Shown here in pieces: positions 1 through 11,546 of a stretch of DNA of 64,000 nucleotides. This stretch comes from Gemmatimonadales bacterium (GTDB taxonomy: Bacteria; Gemmatimonadota; Gemmatimonadetes; Gemmatimonadales; GWC2-71-9): positions 3,200,001 to 3,264,000 of the forward strand of contig OZ252244.1 of assembly GCA_965249575.1 (NCBI GenBank), in the 5' to 3' direction. Under the pieces are notes generated by a model, which made no database searches, was not told the origin of the DNA, and saw nothing but the letters and a program-made list of their open reading frames with translations. The translations under genes and the position numbers were made by a program. Positions within the stretch are counted from its first letter, which is position 1. Each line of letters starts with the position of its first letter.

Positions 1-2
1 CG

Positions 3-590
3 TACCACCTGCTGGGGCTGGCGTTCCATCTCGTCGATCAGCCCGAGCGCGCACTCGAGCTACTCGATCACGCGCTGTCGCTGAACCCGAACTACGTCGA
101 GGCGTGCTTGCATCGCGGACTGGTGCTCAACACGCTCGGCCGCTCCGACGACGCAGAGGCTGCCTTTGCGCGCGCCCGGGGAATCAAGGGGCAGGACCAG
201 CAAGGAATCTCGGCGTTTCAGGCTGCCAAGCTGGCCAATCAGCATGCCGCCTTGGGCGAAGCGTATAGCGAAGCCGGCGCGTTACCCCCCGCCATCGAGC
301 AGTACCGAGCCGCCCTGCGGCTGGGGCCGGGTTTTCACGACCTCCGCTACAGGCTGGCGAGGCTCCTCCTCGAGGCCGGCCGCTCACTCGATGCCCGCGA
401 GGAGCTTCAGCAGGTCGTGGATGCCCGTCCCGGGTTCGTCGATGCGCGGGCTGCGCTCGGAATGGCCTATTACGTCTCCGGCGACATGTCATCGGCCCAG
501 GACATCTGGACGAAGCTCGAGCACGATCATCCCGGCGACGGGCGGGCCAAGGCCTATCTGGCCCTGTTGGAGCGCTCGCAGTCCAAGTGA
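3..590 (+). CDS. TPR-repeat protein (5' partial)
   Basis: Frame open from base 3 (YHLLGLAFH...NPNYVEACLHRGL); repeated TPR-like helices (LGEAYSEAG, LGMAYYVSG). Confidence 0.85.
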   Translation, partial: YHLLGLAFHLVDQPERALELLDHALSLNPNYVEACLHRGLVLNTLGRSDDAEAAFARARGIKGQDQQGISAFQAAKLANQHAALGEAYSEAGALPPAIEQYRAALRLGPGFHDLRYRLARLLLEAGRSLDAREELQQVVDARPGFVDARAALGMAYYVSGDMSSAQDIWTKLEHDHPGDGRAKAYLALLERSQSK

Positions 591-1510
591 CGAAGCGCGT
601 CTGTCCGGCGCGACGGTGCGCCGTCTTCGTTTCCGTGCTGATGCTGGGGTGTGGGGGGGGCGCCGCGGATCACGAGACGCTGGGCGACCGGGCCTATACC
701 GAGCGGCAATTCGGCGATGCAGTCGTCGAGTACCGTCTGGCGCTCCTGCAGCATGCGCCGGACCCGGACGTCAGGGCAAAGGCTGGCGGGGCTGCCCTCC
801 ACGCCGGTGAGCTGGTGGTGGCCGCCGAGGAATACGCCGCGCTCGCTGTCGAAGCGCCGGAGCGGCAGTCGGAGGCAGCCGACGGGCTCGAGCGGGTGGC
901 GCGCGCTGCGCTTGACCGGGGGGATGGGGTGGCCGTCGCAGCGGCCATCGCGAATCTTCGGCGGGTCGCCCCGGTGCGGGCGCTGGGTGGGTTCGCGGCT
1001 CAGCTGGCGAGGGGGCTCGGGGCGATCCCGAATGCGGAAGAGGCGGTCGCCATTCTCCCCTACGCGGCCGCCGCCGCTCCCGACGTGCGGATCCAGGACT
1101 CACTTCTCTACGCCTACGCGACCGCCCTGACTCGACGGAGGCGTTGCGCGGATGCCTCGACGGTTTTCGAGGGGTTGATTCGCCGGCAGCGGGACTCCGC
1201 GCTCGTTGCGGCCGCCGGAACCAGCCTGTCACGATGCGCGCTCAGCCTCGGTCGCGGGGCGCTCGACGCCGGGCAGCCGCTGGTAGCGGAGGAGTGGTTT
1301 CGGAAAGCCGTCTTCGACGGGAGTCGCGGTGACTACTCCCGCGCGGCGTACATTGGTTTAGGGGACGTCATGTTCGCGCGTGGGAACTACACCGACGCGG
1401 CGGACGCCTACTACGAAGCCGCCGTTGGCGCACCACCGGGTGACTCGCTCGCCTCCACCGCATGGGAGCGGCTGAACGCGCTCGCGGATGCCGGAACGGT
1501 TGTTCCCTGA
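587..1510 (+). CDS. TPR-like lipoprotein
   Basis: Hydrophobic N-terminus ending in lipobox MLGC; Ala-rich helical repeats; GTGA overlap with upstream stop. Confidence 0.7.
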   Translation: MTKRVCPARRCAVFVSVLMLGCGGGAADHETLGDRAYTERQFGDAVVEYRLALLQHAPDPDVRAKAGGAALHAGELVVAAEEYAALAVEAPERQSEAADGLERVARAALDRGDGVAVAAAIANLRRVAPVRALGGFAAQLARGLGAIPNAEEAVAILPYAAAAAPDVRIQDSLLYAYATALTRRRRCADASTVFEGLIRRQRDSALVAAAGTSLSRCALSLGRGALDAGQPLVAEEWFRKAVFDGSRGDYSRAAYIGLGDVMFARGNYTDAADAYYEAAVGAPPGDSLASTAWERLNALADAGTVVP

Positions 1511-1527
1511 ACGGTGTTCAAGATTTC

Positions 1528-2262
1528 ATGAGACCGATCGTGATTGGCGCCGTGGCCGTGCTCCTCGGGTGCGGGGGATTCAACCCCCGGAAACACGTGA
1601 CACCCGAGACGCTGTTCGAAGCCTCGAAGCGTGAGTTTCGTCGCGGCAACTTTGGTGGCGCGCTCGAGGGATTCGAGAGCGTGACCGCTCAGCTCCCACG
1701 CAACGACCCCCTGCTGCCGCAGGCGCGGTACTACCTGGCCGAATCCAACTTCGCCCGGACGGAACTGCTGGAGGCCTCTCGGCAATTCCGCCGCGTGTCC
1801 GATGAGCATCCTGCCCACGAGCTGGCGCCGAGGGCCCTGCTTCGAGCGGGCGACGCGTCCGCGGCGCTGTGGTCGCGGCCGGAGCTCGACCCGACATACG
1901 GGCAGGCAGCAATATCGACCTATCGGGAGCTGCTCGGCCGCTTTCCCAACAGCCCGGAAGCAGTGCGTGCCCGGAAGAAGATCGCTGCTTTGGGGGAGCG
2001 CTTTGCAGCGAAGGATTTTCGAAACGGCAACTTCTACTTGCGGCTCGGGGGCTACGACTCGGCCATCATCTATTTCCGCAGCGTCGTGGCGAACTATCCC
2101 GAGAGCCGGACGGCGCCCGCGGCCCTCATCAAGCTCGTCGAGGCCTACCGGAAGATCGGCTATGCCGATGAGCGCCGGGAGACTTGCGCCCATCTCCGGC
2201 GGTACTACGCCGATGCCGAGGGTCTCGACGACGCCTGCCCCGTGGAAGCGGCCGCCCGCTAG
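1528..2262 (+). CDS. bamD: Outer membrane assembly lipoprotein BamD
   Basis: Lipobox LLGC after ATG 1528; TPRs; ELDPTYGQAAI..ELLGRFPNS and AAKDFRNGNFYLR..YDSAIIYF match the BamD/YfiO pattern. Confidence 0.85.
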   Translation: MRPIVIGAVAVLLGCGGFNPRKHVTPETLFEASKREFRRGNFGGALEGFESVTAQLPRNDPLLPQARYYLAESNFARTELLEASRQFRRVSDEHPAHELAPRALLRAGDASAALWSRPELDPTYGQAAISTYRELLGRFPNSPEAVRARKKIAALGERFAAKDFRNGNFYLRLGGYDSAIIYFRSVVANYPESRTAPAALIKLVEAYRKIGYADERRETCAHLRRYYADAEGLDDACPVEAAAR

Positions 2263-2269
2263 GCCCGCG

Positions 2270-2845
2270 GTGCGCGTTGGGGTGTTCGGCGGGTCGTTCG
2301 ACCCGGTTCACAACGGGCACTTGCGGGCGGCGCGGCTGGTGGCCGATCGGCTCAACCTCGACCAAGTTCGCTGGATCCCGGCTCGCGATCAGCCGTTCAA
2401 GTCGGGCCGTCACATTGCGTCCCCCACCGACCGGGTCGCGATGCTCCGCATTGCGCTGGGCGATGCTCCCGACTCAGTCCTGGATCATCGGGAGCTCCAC
2501 CGATCCGGCCCGTCCTATACCGTCGATACGCTGCGGGAGCTGGCGACGGAGTTTCCGGACGACCGGTTATTCTTATTGCTTGGGGCGGATGCCGCTCGTG
2601 AGTTCCCGGCGTGGCGCGAGGCGAACGACGTGGCGCGGCTAGCCCACGTCGTCGCGTTCACGCGAGCGGGCGCCCTGTTGCCGGACCATCCCCTGATCGG
2701 GACGCGACTGGACGTGCCGGCCCTGGAGATCTCGGCGACCGCGATTCGCGATGCCGCTGCCAGGGGAGAATCCGTTGGCGGAGCGGTCCCCGTGGGGGTC
2801 GCCCGGTACATCTGGGATCACCACCTGTACGGAAGCGAGGGTTAA
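2270..2845 (+). CDS. nadD: Nicotinate-nucleotide adenylyltransferase
   Basis: GVFGGSFDPVHNGH, SYTVDTL, LGAD, ISATAIR motifs; GTG start at 2270. Confidence 0.93.
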   Translation: MRVGVFGGSFDPVHNGHLRAARLVADRLNLDQVRWIPARDQPFKSGRHIASPTDRVAMLRIALGDAPDSVLDHRELHRSGPSYTVDTLRELATEFPDDRLFLLLGADAAREFPAWREANDVARLAHVVAFTRAGALLPDHPLIGTRLDVPALEISATAIRDAAARGESVGGAVPVGVARYIWDHHLYGSEG

Positions 2846-5800
2846 TGCTCAAGGGGCTGGTCGCCAAGGTCGTCGGGACTCGGTTCGATCGCGAGCTCAA
2901 GCGCTTGCAGCCGATCATCGATCGAATCCACGAGCACGAAGCGCGCCTCGGCGGCTTGAGCGATCAGGAAATCCAGGGACAAACCGCAAAATTCCGCGAG
3001 GTGCTCCACGGGCGGCTGGGCGAGACGGAACAGGCGCTCGTGGGGAAGCGTGAAGCGAAACATGCCTGCGCCGATGGAGGGGAACGCGACGCGCTCGACC
3101 GGGAGATACACGATCTTGAGGCAACGCTGCGGCGGGATACGCAGCGTGCCCTCGACGACCTGCTGCCCGAGGCCTTTGCCACCGTCCGAGAAGCCTGCCG
3201 GCGCCTCCTCGGGACCGAAGTCGTCGTCACCGGTCACGAGCTCACCTGGGACATGGTGCCGTACGACGTTCAACTGATTGGCGGCATCGTGCTGCACCGC
3301 GGGAAGATTGCCGAGATGGCGACCGGCGAGGGAAAGACCCTCGTCGCGACGCTGCCCCTGTATCTAAACGCGCTCCCCGGGCGAGGGACGCACCTGGTGA
3401 CCGTGAACAACTACCTCGCCCGACGGGACTCACAGTGGATGGGTCACCTGCTCACGTACCTCGGTTTGACCGTCGGGTGTCTCGATGACACCACGCCGTC
3501 CAGCCCGGAGCGCAGGGCCGCCTACGAGTCCGACATCTGTTATGGGACTAACAACGAGTTCGGATTCGACTACCTCCGTGACAACATGGTGTTCACACTC
3601 GACCAACGTGTGCAGCGCGCGCACACCTACGCGATCATCGACGAGGTCGATAGCATCCTAGTCGATGAGGCCCGCACGCCGCTCATCATCTCCGGACCGG
3701 TCGGGAACGAGGGCGACAAGAAGTACGCGGACTTCAACGCCCAAGTGCAGCGGCTGGTGCGGAAGCAAACCGCCGTGGTCAGCCAGCTGGTCGCCGAAGC
3801 GGAGCCTCTGCTGAGCGACGAGGAGCATCGGTACGAGGCTGGCATCAAGCTGTTCAAAGCACAGAAGGGAATGCCGAAGAACAAGCGACTCATGAAACTC
3901 TTTCAGGAGCCCGCCGAAAAGCAGTTGGTGCAGCGGGCCGAGCTCGATTACATCGCCGATCGCAAGCTCCCGGTCACGAAACAAAACATGAGGGATCTCG
4001 AGGAGGATCTCTTCTTCGTGATGGACGAGCGGGGCCATGCCGTCCACCTGACCGATCGCGGCGTGGAAATGATGAGTCCCGACGACCCGGGTCTGTTCGT
4101 CATCCCGGACATCTCCGAGGAAATTGGGGCGGTCGATCGGGAGGAGGGACTGTCCGCGGAGGAAAAACTGGAGCGCCGCCGCCAGCTCGAGGCGGACTAC
4201 GCCGCCAAGAGCGAGAAGCTCCACATCATCCACAAGCTGCTGCAAGCGTACGCGCTGTACGAGAAGGACGTGGAGTACGTGGTGCAGGAGGGTCAGGTCT
4301 TCATCGTCGACGAGTTCACCGGCCGGATCATGGCGGGCCGCCGCTGGTCAGACGGCCTGCACCAGGCGATCGAGGCCAAGGAAGGCGTCACGGTTCGTGG
4401 GGAGACCCAGACACTCGCGACCATCACGATCCAGAACTATTTCCGCATGTACGAGAAGCTGGCGGGGATGACCGGGACGGCGGAGACCGAAGAAACGGAG
4501 TTCTTCCAGATATACGGGCTCGAGGTCATGGTCATCCCCACCAACCGGCCGGCCCGCCGCATCGACAATCACGACCTCATCTACCGCACCCGCAGGGAGA
4601 AGTACAACGCGATCGCCGACGAAGTCGGTCGCCAACATGAACGGGGCCTACCGGTTCTCGTCGGCACCGTGACCGTCGAAGTGTCCGAGACGCTATCGCG
4701 CATGCTGAAGCGCCGGGGACTCAAACATGAAGTGCTGAACGCGAAGTTACATCAGCGCGAAGCCGAGATCGTCTCGCAGGCAGGACGCCAGGGAGCGATT
4801 ACGATTGCCACCAACATGGCGGGCCGGGGCACGGACATCAAACTCGGGGCGGGTGTCAAGCAGTGCCAGGTGTGCGGCATTCTTTCCAAGATGGCACCCT
4901 TCGGGCAAGCGGTGGAGCAGCCCGACTTGACCCAGCCCGAAATCAAGCAGCGAGGCTGCTACGACGATCCACCCTGCGGGCTGGTCATCGTCGGGACGGA
5001 GCGACACGAGTCGCGACGGATTGACCGGCAGCTGCGGGGGCGGTCCGGCCGGCAGGGAGATCCCGGCGCGAGTGTATTCTTTCTCTCGCTCGAAGACGAC
5101 CTGATGCGCCTGTTCGGCTCCGACCGTATCGCCCGCTGGATGGAGCGAACGGGGGCGGAGGAGGGCGAGGTCATTACGCACCCCCTCGTGACTCGGGCAA
5201 TTGGCAACGCGCAGAAGCGGGTCGAGCTCCAGAATTTTCAGGCGCGTAAGCGCCTGCTCGAATACGACGATGTCATGAACCAACAGCGCGAGGTCATTTA
5301 CGGTCTCCGCTTGTTCGCGCTCGACGGGGGTGAAGAGCTCAAAGGGGAAGCGATCAAGATGGTCGAGGCCGCGATGGAGCGCTTTGCCAATCAGGAGGCT
5401 GGCGAGGAGGACCCAGACGGGTGGGATCGGCACCTCGTGTCGACCGAGCTCGTGATGCGCTTCCTCATCTCCGTGCCCGATATCGAGCACGCGGACCGCG
5501 TTCCGGATCTCGAAGCCCTCAAGTCCCTCTTGAAGGACGCCGGACGGCAAGCGTTCCAGGCAAAGCTGGACTCGTGGGTGCAGCTTGGCCGGCGCCACGC
5601 GGTTGAGGATCTACCGGACCGGCTCCTATCGCACGTGATGCTGCAAGTACTCGATGAGAAGTGGAAAGACCACCTGTACGACCTGGATCAACTCCGTCAC
5701 GCCATCCATTTCCGGGCCTGGGGTCAGAAGGACCCGTTGATCGAGTACAAGCAGGACGCCTTCGACATGTTCATGGACCTGATGAACGACGTCCGGTCGA

Positions 5801-6099
5801 CCTTGGCGGAACGGCTACTGAAGTTCCAGGTGCAGATCAGCGCTGGCCCGCCGACCCGGGGCCCATCCACCGCCCCTGTGGGGACGCCGGTCAAGGAGCC
5901 GCTGTCAGACGCTGATCTACTCGTTCCCGGGGCAGCGCGCGCGGCCGCCTCGGTACCGGCAGATGCGGCGGGCCGTGAGCCTCCCGCCACCGCTCGCTCG
6001 GCTGGGCCGGTGAGCGCCGTTCCGAAGGTTGGGCGCAACGACCCGTGTCCCTGCGGAAGCGGTCGTAAGTTTAAGAAGTGTCATGGGTTGAACACGTAG
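2845..6099 (+). CDS. secA: Preprotein translocase ATPase SecA (long type)
   Basis: MATGEGKT, DEVDSILVDEARTPLIISG, ATNMAGRGTDI, ERHESRRIDRQLRGRSGRQGD, C-terminal SEC-C GRNDPCPCGSGRKFKKCHG; TAATG overlap with nadD. Confidence 0.98.
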   Translation: MLKGLVAKVVGTRFDRELKRLQPIIDRIHEHEARLGGLSDQEIQGQTAKFREVLHGRLGETEQALVGKREAKHACADGGERDALDREIHDLEATLRRDTQRALDDLLPEAFATVREACRRLLGTEVVVTGHELTWDMVPYDVQLIGGIVLHRGKIAEMATGEGKTLVATLPLYLNALPGRGTHLVTVNNYLARRDSQWMGHLLTYLGLTVGCLDDTTPSSPERRAAYESDICYGTNNEFGFDYLRDNMVFTLDQRVQRAHTYAIIDEVDSILVDEARTPLIISGPVGNEGDKKYADFNAQVQRLVRKQTAVVSQLVAEAEPLLSDEEHRYEAGIKLFKAQKGMPKNKRLMKLFQEPAEKQLVQRAELDYIADRKLPVTKQNMRDLEEDLFFVMDERGHAVHLTDRGVEMMSPDDPGLFVIPDISEEIGAVDREEGLSAEEKLERRRQLEADYAAKSEKLHIIHKLLQAYALYEKDVEYVVQEGQVFIVDEFTGRIMAGRRWSDGLHQAIEAKEGVTVRGETQTLATITIQNYFRMYEKLAGMTGTAETEETEFFQIYGLEVMVIPTNRPARRIDNHDLIYRTRREKYNAIADEVGRQHERGLPVLVGTVTVEVSETLSRMLKRRGLKHEVLNAKLHQREAEIVSQAGRQGAITIATNMAGRGTDIKLGAGVKQCQVCGILSKMAPFGQAVEQPDLTQPEIKQRGCYDDPPCGLVIVGTERHESRRIDRQLRGRSGRQGDPGASVFFLSLEDDLMRLFGSDRIARWMERTGAEEGEVITHPLVTRAIGNAQKRVELQNFQARKRLLEYDDVMNQQREVIYGLRLFALDGGEELKGEAIKMVEAAMERFANQEAGEEDPDGWDRHLVSTELVMRFLISVPDIEHADRVPDLEALKSLLKDAGRQAFQAKLDSWVQLGRRHAVEDLPDRLLSHVMLQVLDEKWKDHLYDLDQLRHAIHFRAWGQKDPLIEYKQDAFDMFMDLMNDVRSTLAERLLKFQVQISAGPPTRGPSTAPVGTPVKEPLSDADLLVPGAARAAASVPADAAGREPPATARSAGPVSAVPKVGRNDPCPCGSGRKFKKCHGLNT

Positions 6100-6181
6100 C
6101 CCGATTCGACTCGACACGCTCACGCCACCGGGTGCGTCGAAATGTACCCCTGGCGCCGCGCAGCCCCACGAGATTGCCTGG

Positions 6182-6865
6182 ATGGCCCACCGCTTAGCGG
6201 ATACCGGACCGCAGGAACGCCCACGAGAGCGTCTCTTCACCCTGGGTCCGGCCGCGTTGACGGCTGTGGAGTTGGTCGCCATCCTGATAGGGACCGGCAC
6301 GCGCCGCGACGATGTGTTGGTGGTCGCGGAGAACGTGCTCTCGGAGTCCGGCGGGTCGCTCCGGCGCCTCGCGGGGCGTCCGGCCGGAGTGTTGGCACGG
6401 GTCCCGGGAGTCGGTCGCGCAAAGGCTGGGCGCGTGACGGCGGCGCTCGAATTAGCGCGACGGCTGGCAGGGGAATCGCGCGCTGCGGTCTGTCAGGTGC
6501 GCACCCCCTCCGACGTGCAGCGCTGGTGCGGTCCCGCGCTCCGAGACCTCACCGTGGAGGAGTTTCACATCTTGACCCTCGATGCGCAGAACTGCATTAC
6601 CCGCGATTTGCTCATCACGCGAGGTATCTTGAACGTTTCATTGGTCCACCCCCGGGAGGTATTCCGGGCGGCCATCGCCGAGGCGGCGGCTGGGGTGATC
6701 GTGGTACACAACCATCCGAGCGGCAACCCCGCACCGTCCGCCGACGATCGGGCCGTGACGAAGCAGCTGGTGGATGCGGGACGCGTCCTCGACATCCCCG
6801 TGTACGATCACGTGGTGGTGGGTGGCGATCGATACTTCAGCTTCGCCGAAGGCGGGCTATTGTGA
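6182..6865 (+). CDS. radC: RadC-family JAB domain protein
   Basis: ERPRERL, VHPREVF, HNHPSG..PS.DD, DHVVVG motifs. Confidence 0.93.
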   Translation: MAHRLADTGPQERPRERLFTLGPAALTAVELVAILIGTGTRRDDVLVVAENVLSESGGSLRRLAGRPAGVLARVPGVGRAKAGRVTAALELARRLAGESRAAVCQVRTPSDVQRWCGPALRDLTVEEFHILTLDAQNCITRDLLITRGILNVSLVHPREVFRAAIAEAAAGVIVVHNHPSGNPAPSADDRAVTKQLVDAGRVLDIPVYDHVVVGGDRYFSFAEGGLL

Positions 6866-9030
6866 CCGGGGCACTGGTCGACGTCGATTCCCGTTTTGCC
6901 GGGGCGCTAGCGGCCCGCAAGGACCGGCTCGATATCGCCCTACTCGAGCGGGCCTACCAGTTCAGCGCGTTGGCGCACCGCGGGCAAAAGCGCCTTTCGG
7001 GTGACGCCTTCGTATCCCATTCCGTCGAAGTCGCCCACATCCTCGTCGAGCAACAACTCGATACCGTGACGGTCGCGGCGGCGCTCTTGCACGACGTCGT
7101 CGAGGACGCCGAGATCACCATTTCAGAGATCGAGGCGGCGTTCGGGGAGGAAGTGGCCGGTATCGTCGACGGGTTGACGAAGATCTCCAGCCTGCGATTC
7201 CAATCGAGTGCCGAGGCCCAGGTGGAGAACTATCGAAAGCTCCTGCTGTCGGTCGCTCGGGATGCTCGCGTGATCATCGTGAAACTCGCCGACCGCTTGC
7301 ACAACATGCGGACCCTTCAACACTTGCCGGCCGACCGCCAGCAGCGCATCGCGCTCGAGACGCGCGAGATCTACGCGCCCCTGGCTCACCGGTTCGGCAT
7401 GGCCGGTATGAAGGCGGAACTCGAAGATTTGGCGTTTCGGTTTCTCGAGCGGGAGGATTATCAGGCGCTCGGCACCGGCGTCCAGGCGGGACGAGACGAG
7501 CGGAAAGAGATGATCGATCGGCTGCGGGTGCCGCTAGCGGAGGCGCTCGGTCGCGCCGGCATCGCCGAATTCGAGATCACGGGCCGGCCGAAGCACTTGT
7601 GGTCAATTTACAATAAAATGAAGCGCCGCGACCGACCCCTCGACGAGATCTACGATCTCATGGCCGTCAGGGTGCTCGTCGACACCGTGCCCGACTGCTA
7701 TCACGTGCTCGGCGTCGTTCACCATCAGTGGACGCCATTGCAGGAGCGCATCAAGGACTACATCGCGTCGCCCAAGTCGAACGCTTATCAAGCCTTGCAT
7801 ACAACTATTTTCGGACCGGGCGGTCAGCTGTACGAGATCCAGATCCGCACGCGGGAAATGCATCGCACCGCGGAGTACGGAATCGCGGCCCACTGGGTAT
7901 ACAAGGAGGGGCGGAAGCCCGACAAGCTCGACAGCCACTTTGCGTGGTTCCGGCAACTGCTGGAGCTGCAGCAGGATGCTCACAGCCCCGAAGAGTTTCT
8001 CGAATTCTTGAAAATCGATCTCTACCAGGACGAGATCTTCGTATTCACTCCAAAGGGCGATGTCAAACGTCTCCCCACCGGATCTACACCCATCGACTTC
8101 GCCTTTGCCGTGCACACGGAGGTCGGACTCCGTTGCCAGGGCGCCAAGGTAAACGGGCGCATCGCGCCCCTCCATCGTTCGTTGCGTAACGGAGACACGG
8201 TCACGGTGCTCACGGGGCAGCAGCCACGGCCAAGTCGCGATTGGGTGGCCCACGTGCAGACGGCCCGGGCGCGGCACAAGATCCGGCAGTGGATCAAACA
8301 GGAAGAGGCTGCGGCGAGCATTGCGCTGGGTAAGGAAATCCTTGCTCGAGAGCTCCGCAGGCGCCGACTCACCCTTCCGGACGACGCGACCGTGCGGCAG
8401 CGCACTGAGGGGATCGTGGTCGATGTGGAGGGACTGTACCAGGCTCTCGGCAGCGGAGATCTCCCGATCGGCCGGGTGATCCGGGCGCTGTTCCCGGACC
8501 AGTCGGCCGACCAGCTGCAGGGGTCCAAGCCGAGCGGTTTCGGGCGGGTACTCGAGCGCATTCGGTTCGGCCGCGGGGTGCGGATCCAGGGCGTCCACGG
8601 CCTCATGCTGAGATATGCGCAGTGCTGCCAGCCGGTTCCCGGTGATCCTGTCGTCGGTTACGTCACGAGAGGCCGGGGCGTGTCGATCCATCGGGTGGAC
8701 TGCCCAAACCTTCTCGCGATGTCGACAGAGCCAGAGCGGCGCGTGGAGATCGATTGGCAGTCGATGGAAGGGGAGGTCTTCGTCGTGCGACTCGGAGTGG
8801 TTGGGGAAGACCGCCGCGGGCTCTATGCCGATTTGATGGAGGGGGTGTCGCAGACGGGGACCAACACTCGGAGCGCCGAACTCTCGAGCAAGGATGGGGC
8901 CATGTTTGGATCGGTGCTCGTCGAGGTCGAGAACCACGCTCATCTATCCAAGGTCATGAAGGCGATGCGGCGCGTGAAGGGCGTTTCGGAAGTCGAGCGT
9001 CGGGAGCCGGCTCCACGTATCGGCGAGTAG
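6862..9030 (+). CDS. rel: Bifunctional (p)ppGpp synthetase/hydrolase (long RSH)
   Basis: HD motif [33 protein letters not shown] domain, CCQPVPGD, C-terminal ACT; GTGA overlap with radC. Confidence 0.95.
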   Translation: MTGALVDVDSRFAGALAARKDRLDIALLERAYQFSALAHRGQKRLSGDAFVSHSVEVAHILVEQQLDTVTVAAALLHDVVEDAEITISEIEAAFGEEVAGIVDGLTKISSLRFQSSAEAQVENYRKLLLSVARDARVIIVKLADRLHNMRTLQHLPADRQQRIALETREIYAPLAHRFGMAGMKAELEDLAFRFLEREDYQALGTGVQAGRDERKEMIDRLRVPLAEALGRAGIAEFEITGRPKHLWSIYNKMKRRDRPLDEIYDLMAVRVLVDTVPDCYHVLGVVHHQWTPLQERIKDYIASPKSNAYQALHTTIFGPGGQLYEIQIRTREMHRTAEYGIAAHWVYKEGRKPDKLDSHFAWFRQLLELQQDAHSPEEFLEFLKIDLYQDEIFVFTPKGDVKRLPTGSTPIDFAFAVHTEVGLRCQGAKVNGRIAPLHRSLRNGDTVTVLTGQQPRPSRDWVAHVQTARARHKIRQWIKQEEAAASIALGKEILARELRRRRLTLPDDATVRQRTEGIVVDVEGLYQALGSGDLPIGRVIRALFPDQSADQLQGSKPSGFGRVLERIRFGRGVRIQGVHGLMLRYAQCCQPVPGDPVVGYVTRGRGVSIHRVDCPNLLAMSTEPERRVEIDWQSMEGEVFVVRLGVVGEDRRGLYADLMEGVSQTGTNTRSAELSSKDGAMFGSVLVEVENHAHLSKVMKAMRRVKGVSEVERREPAPRIGE

Positions 9031-9034
9031 CTCC

Positions 9035-11122
9035 GTGCCCAACGAGCCACCGTCCGCCGCCGCCGTGACCGGGTTCCGCCTCAAGCTCCCGTTCGAGCCC
9101 GCGGGTGACCAGCCACGTGCCGTTGACGAGCTGCAACGCGGTTTGGCAAACGGAACGCGATACCAAACACTTCTCGGCGTTACCGGCTCCGGCAAGACGG
9201 TCACCATGGCGCACGTGATCGCCTCGCACGGCCGTCCCACGCTCGTCCTTTCCCACAACAAGACGCTGGCTGCCCAGCTGTACGGCGAGCTCAAGTCCTT
9301 CTTCCCGCATAACGCGGTCGAGTACTTCGTTTCGTACTACGACTACTATCAACCCGAGGCGTACGTGCCGGCCACGGACACGTACATCGAAAAGGATGCG
9401 AGCATCAACGACGACATCGATTCGCTCCGATTACGAGCGACCTCGAGCCTCATGGAACGAGAGGACGTCGTCATCGTCGCGTCCGTGAGCGCGATCTACG
9501 GACTCGGCGATCCAGTGGAGTACCGGCAGTTGATGGTCACGATCGAAATGAACGACAAACCGGGGAGGGACATGGTCCTGGCGGACCTCGTGCGCATTCA
9601 CTATCAGCGAAATGACGCCGCCTTCGAACGCGGCACCTTTCGAGTTCGAGGCGACACGGTGGAGGTGTTCCCGGCATACGAAGAACAGGCAGTTCGGATC
9701 GAGTTTTGGGGGGACAGGGTGGAGCGCGTTTCGAAGATCGATCCGCTCACCGGCGAGGTAATCGCGGAGCTACGCCGGTGCGCGATCTATCCGGCGACCC
9801 ATTTTGTGGTGCGGCGGCCGACGCTCGAGCGGGCTGTCGAGCAGATCAGAATCGAGCTCCGAGGGCGGCTCGACGAGCTGCGGCGCGATGGCAAGCTGCT
9901 CGAGGCGCAGCGCCTGGAGGCTCGCACCAACTTCGACGTCGATATGCTCCTCGAAGTCGGAACGTGCGCTGGTGTCGAGAACTACAGTCGCCACTTGGCT
10001 GCTCGGCGTGCCGGTGAGCGGCCGGCCTGCCTGCTCGATTATTTTCCGGCCGATTTTCTCACGATCATCGACGAATCTCACGTGACGCTGCCTCAGATCG
10101 GTGGGATGTACGCTGGCGACCGGTCGCGGAAAGAGACCCTGGTCGAGCACGGGTTTCGCCTCCCGTCCGCGCTCGACAATCGGCCGCTCAACATCGGCGA
10201 GTTCATGAACGTCGTCCCCTCCATCCTCTTCGTCTCGGCGACACCTGGCGATCGCGAGCTCGAGCTGTCCGAGGGGTTGGCGGTCGAACAGATCATCCGG
10301 CCGACCGGTCTGGTCGATCCCGAGGTCGAGGTGCGCCCAGTCAAGGGCCAAGTGGACGATCTGCTTGCAGAGATCCGCGAGTGCGAAGCCGCAGGCCATC
10401 GGGTGCTCGTGACCACCCTGACCAAACGCATGGCGGAAGATCTCACGGACTACCTCCAGCAGGTGGGCGTTCGCGTGCGCTATATGCACTCAGACATCGA
10501 CGCGATCGAGCGCATGGAGATCGTTCGAGGTCTCAGACTCGGCGAGTTCGACGTGCTCGTGGGCATCAATCTGCTGCGGGAGGGACTCGATCTTCCAGAG
10601 GTGGCGCTGGTGGCCATTCTGGACGCGGATCAGGAGGGGTTCTTGCGCTCCGACCGGTCACTCATCCAGACAGTCGGCCGCGCAGCCCGGAACGTTGCCG
10701 GCCGAGCCATACTGTACGCCGACCACGTTACCGGTTCCATGGAGCGGGCGCTTGCCGAAATGGACCGACGGCGCGCCACGCAGATAGCGTATAACGTGGA
10801 GCACGGAGTGACCCCGACCTCGATTCACAAGTCGACCGATCAGGTTCGGCTCGTGACGCGTGTCGCCGATGCCCGCTCAGAGCCAGCGTCAAAGACCACC
10901 GTATCGCTGCGCCCAGCCAACGCTGAAGAGCGGGAGCGCCTGGTGGCGGCACTCGAACAACAGATGCGAGAAGCGGCAGCCGAGCTCGACTTCGAGCTGG
11001 CGGCGCTGCTCAGGGATCAGATCTTCGATCTCAAATCCGGGAACACGTCGAGCGGCGCTGGCGACGCCGCCCGCGGGCGCCCCCGGCGCCGCCGCGCTGG
11101 GTCGAGGCGCAAACGTGCATGA
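9035..11122 (+). CDS. uvrB: Excinuclease ABC subunit B
   Basis: [18 protein letters not shown] beta-hairpin, [19 protein letters not shown]-terminal UVR domain. Confidence 0.98.
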   Translation: MPNEPPSAAAVTGFRLKLPFEPAGDQPRAVDELQRGLANGTRYQTLLGVTGSGKTVTMAHVIASHGRPTLVLSHNKTLAAQLYGELKSFFPHNAVEYFVSYYDYYQPEAYVPATDTYIEKDASINDDIDSLRLRATSSLMEREDVVIVASVSAIYGLGDPVEYRQLMVTIEMNDKPGRDMVLADLVRIHYQRNDAAFERGTFRVRGDTVEVFPAYEEQAVRIEFWGDRVERVSKIDPLTGEVIAELRRCAIYPATHFVVRRPTLERAVEQIRIELRGRLDELRRDGKLLEAQRLEARTNFDVDMLLEVGTCAGVENYSRHLAARRAGERPACLLDYFPADFLTIIDESHVTLPQIGGMYAGDRSRKETLVEHGFRLPSALDNRPLNIGEFMNVVPSILFVSATPGDRELELSEGLAVEQIIRPTGLVDPEVEVRPVKGQVDDLLAEIRECEAAGHRVLVTTLTKRMAEDLTDYLQQVGVRVRYMHSDIDAIERMEIVRGLRLGEFDVLVGINLLREGLDLPEVALVAILDADQEGFLRSDRSLIQTVGRAARNVAGRAILYADHVTGSMERALAEMDRRRATQIAYNVEHGVTPTSIHKSTDQVRLVTRVADARSEPASKTTVSLRPANAEERERLVAALEQQMREAAAELDFELAALLRDQIFDLKSGNTSSGAGDAARGRPRRRRAGSRRKRA

Positions 11123-11546
11123 CTTGCTGGCAGGGAAGGCTCGCGTCGTCGGGTTGGAACAACTCCGCGCAGAGGCGGCTCGCGTCTGGGCGCGGCTCCC
11201 GGCCGGTTCGGTCGTCTGGCTCACGGGCGAGCTCGGGAGCGGTAAGACCACATTCGTTCGGGGCATTACCGAAGCGGCGGCGGCGCCACCCGCCACCAGT
11301 CCGACCTACGCGCTCATCCACCGATACCCCACCCCGACTGGTCCGATCATCCACGTCGACTGTTACCGTGTGCGCCCGTCAGACGACCTCCGGGACCTGG
11401 ACTTCCCCGGACTACTGGCTGAAGCCCGCCTGCTGGTGATCGAATGGCCGGAACGGGCTGGTGCCCTCGTACCACCTCCGGAACTGCACGTTCGGCTCGG
11501 ACATACCGAGCATTCTGATAGACGTGTCCTAGAGCGCGTAGCTTGA
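11115..11546 (+). CDS. tsaE: tRNA t6A biosynthesis ATPase TsaE
   Basis: [34 protein letters not shown]; start approximate. Confidence 0.9.
   Translation: MHDLLAGKARVVGLEQLRAEAARVWARLPAGSVVWLTGELGSGKTTFVRGITEAAAAPPATSPTYALIHRYPTPTGPIIHVDCYRVRPSDDLRDLDFPGLLAEARLLVIEWPERAGALVPPPELHVRLGHTEHSDRRVLERVA

Noticed and set aside
2611..2844. N-terminal extension of SecA
   Set aside because: Overlaps nadD; TAATG coupling at 2843-2847 marks the start
6142..6861. 240-aa N-terminal extension of Rel overlapping radC
   Set aside because: Arg/Gly-rich shadow translation; radC occupies this DNA in another frame and a GTGA overlap at 6862 gives a normal-length Rel
6182..6865. radC as a mobile-element marker
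   Set aside because: Full-length chromosomal type embedded between secA and rel; no integrase or att-like repeats seen
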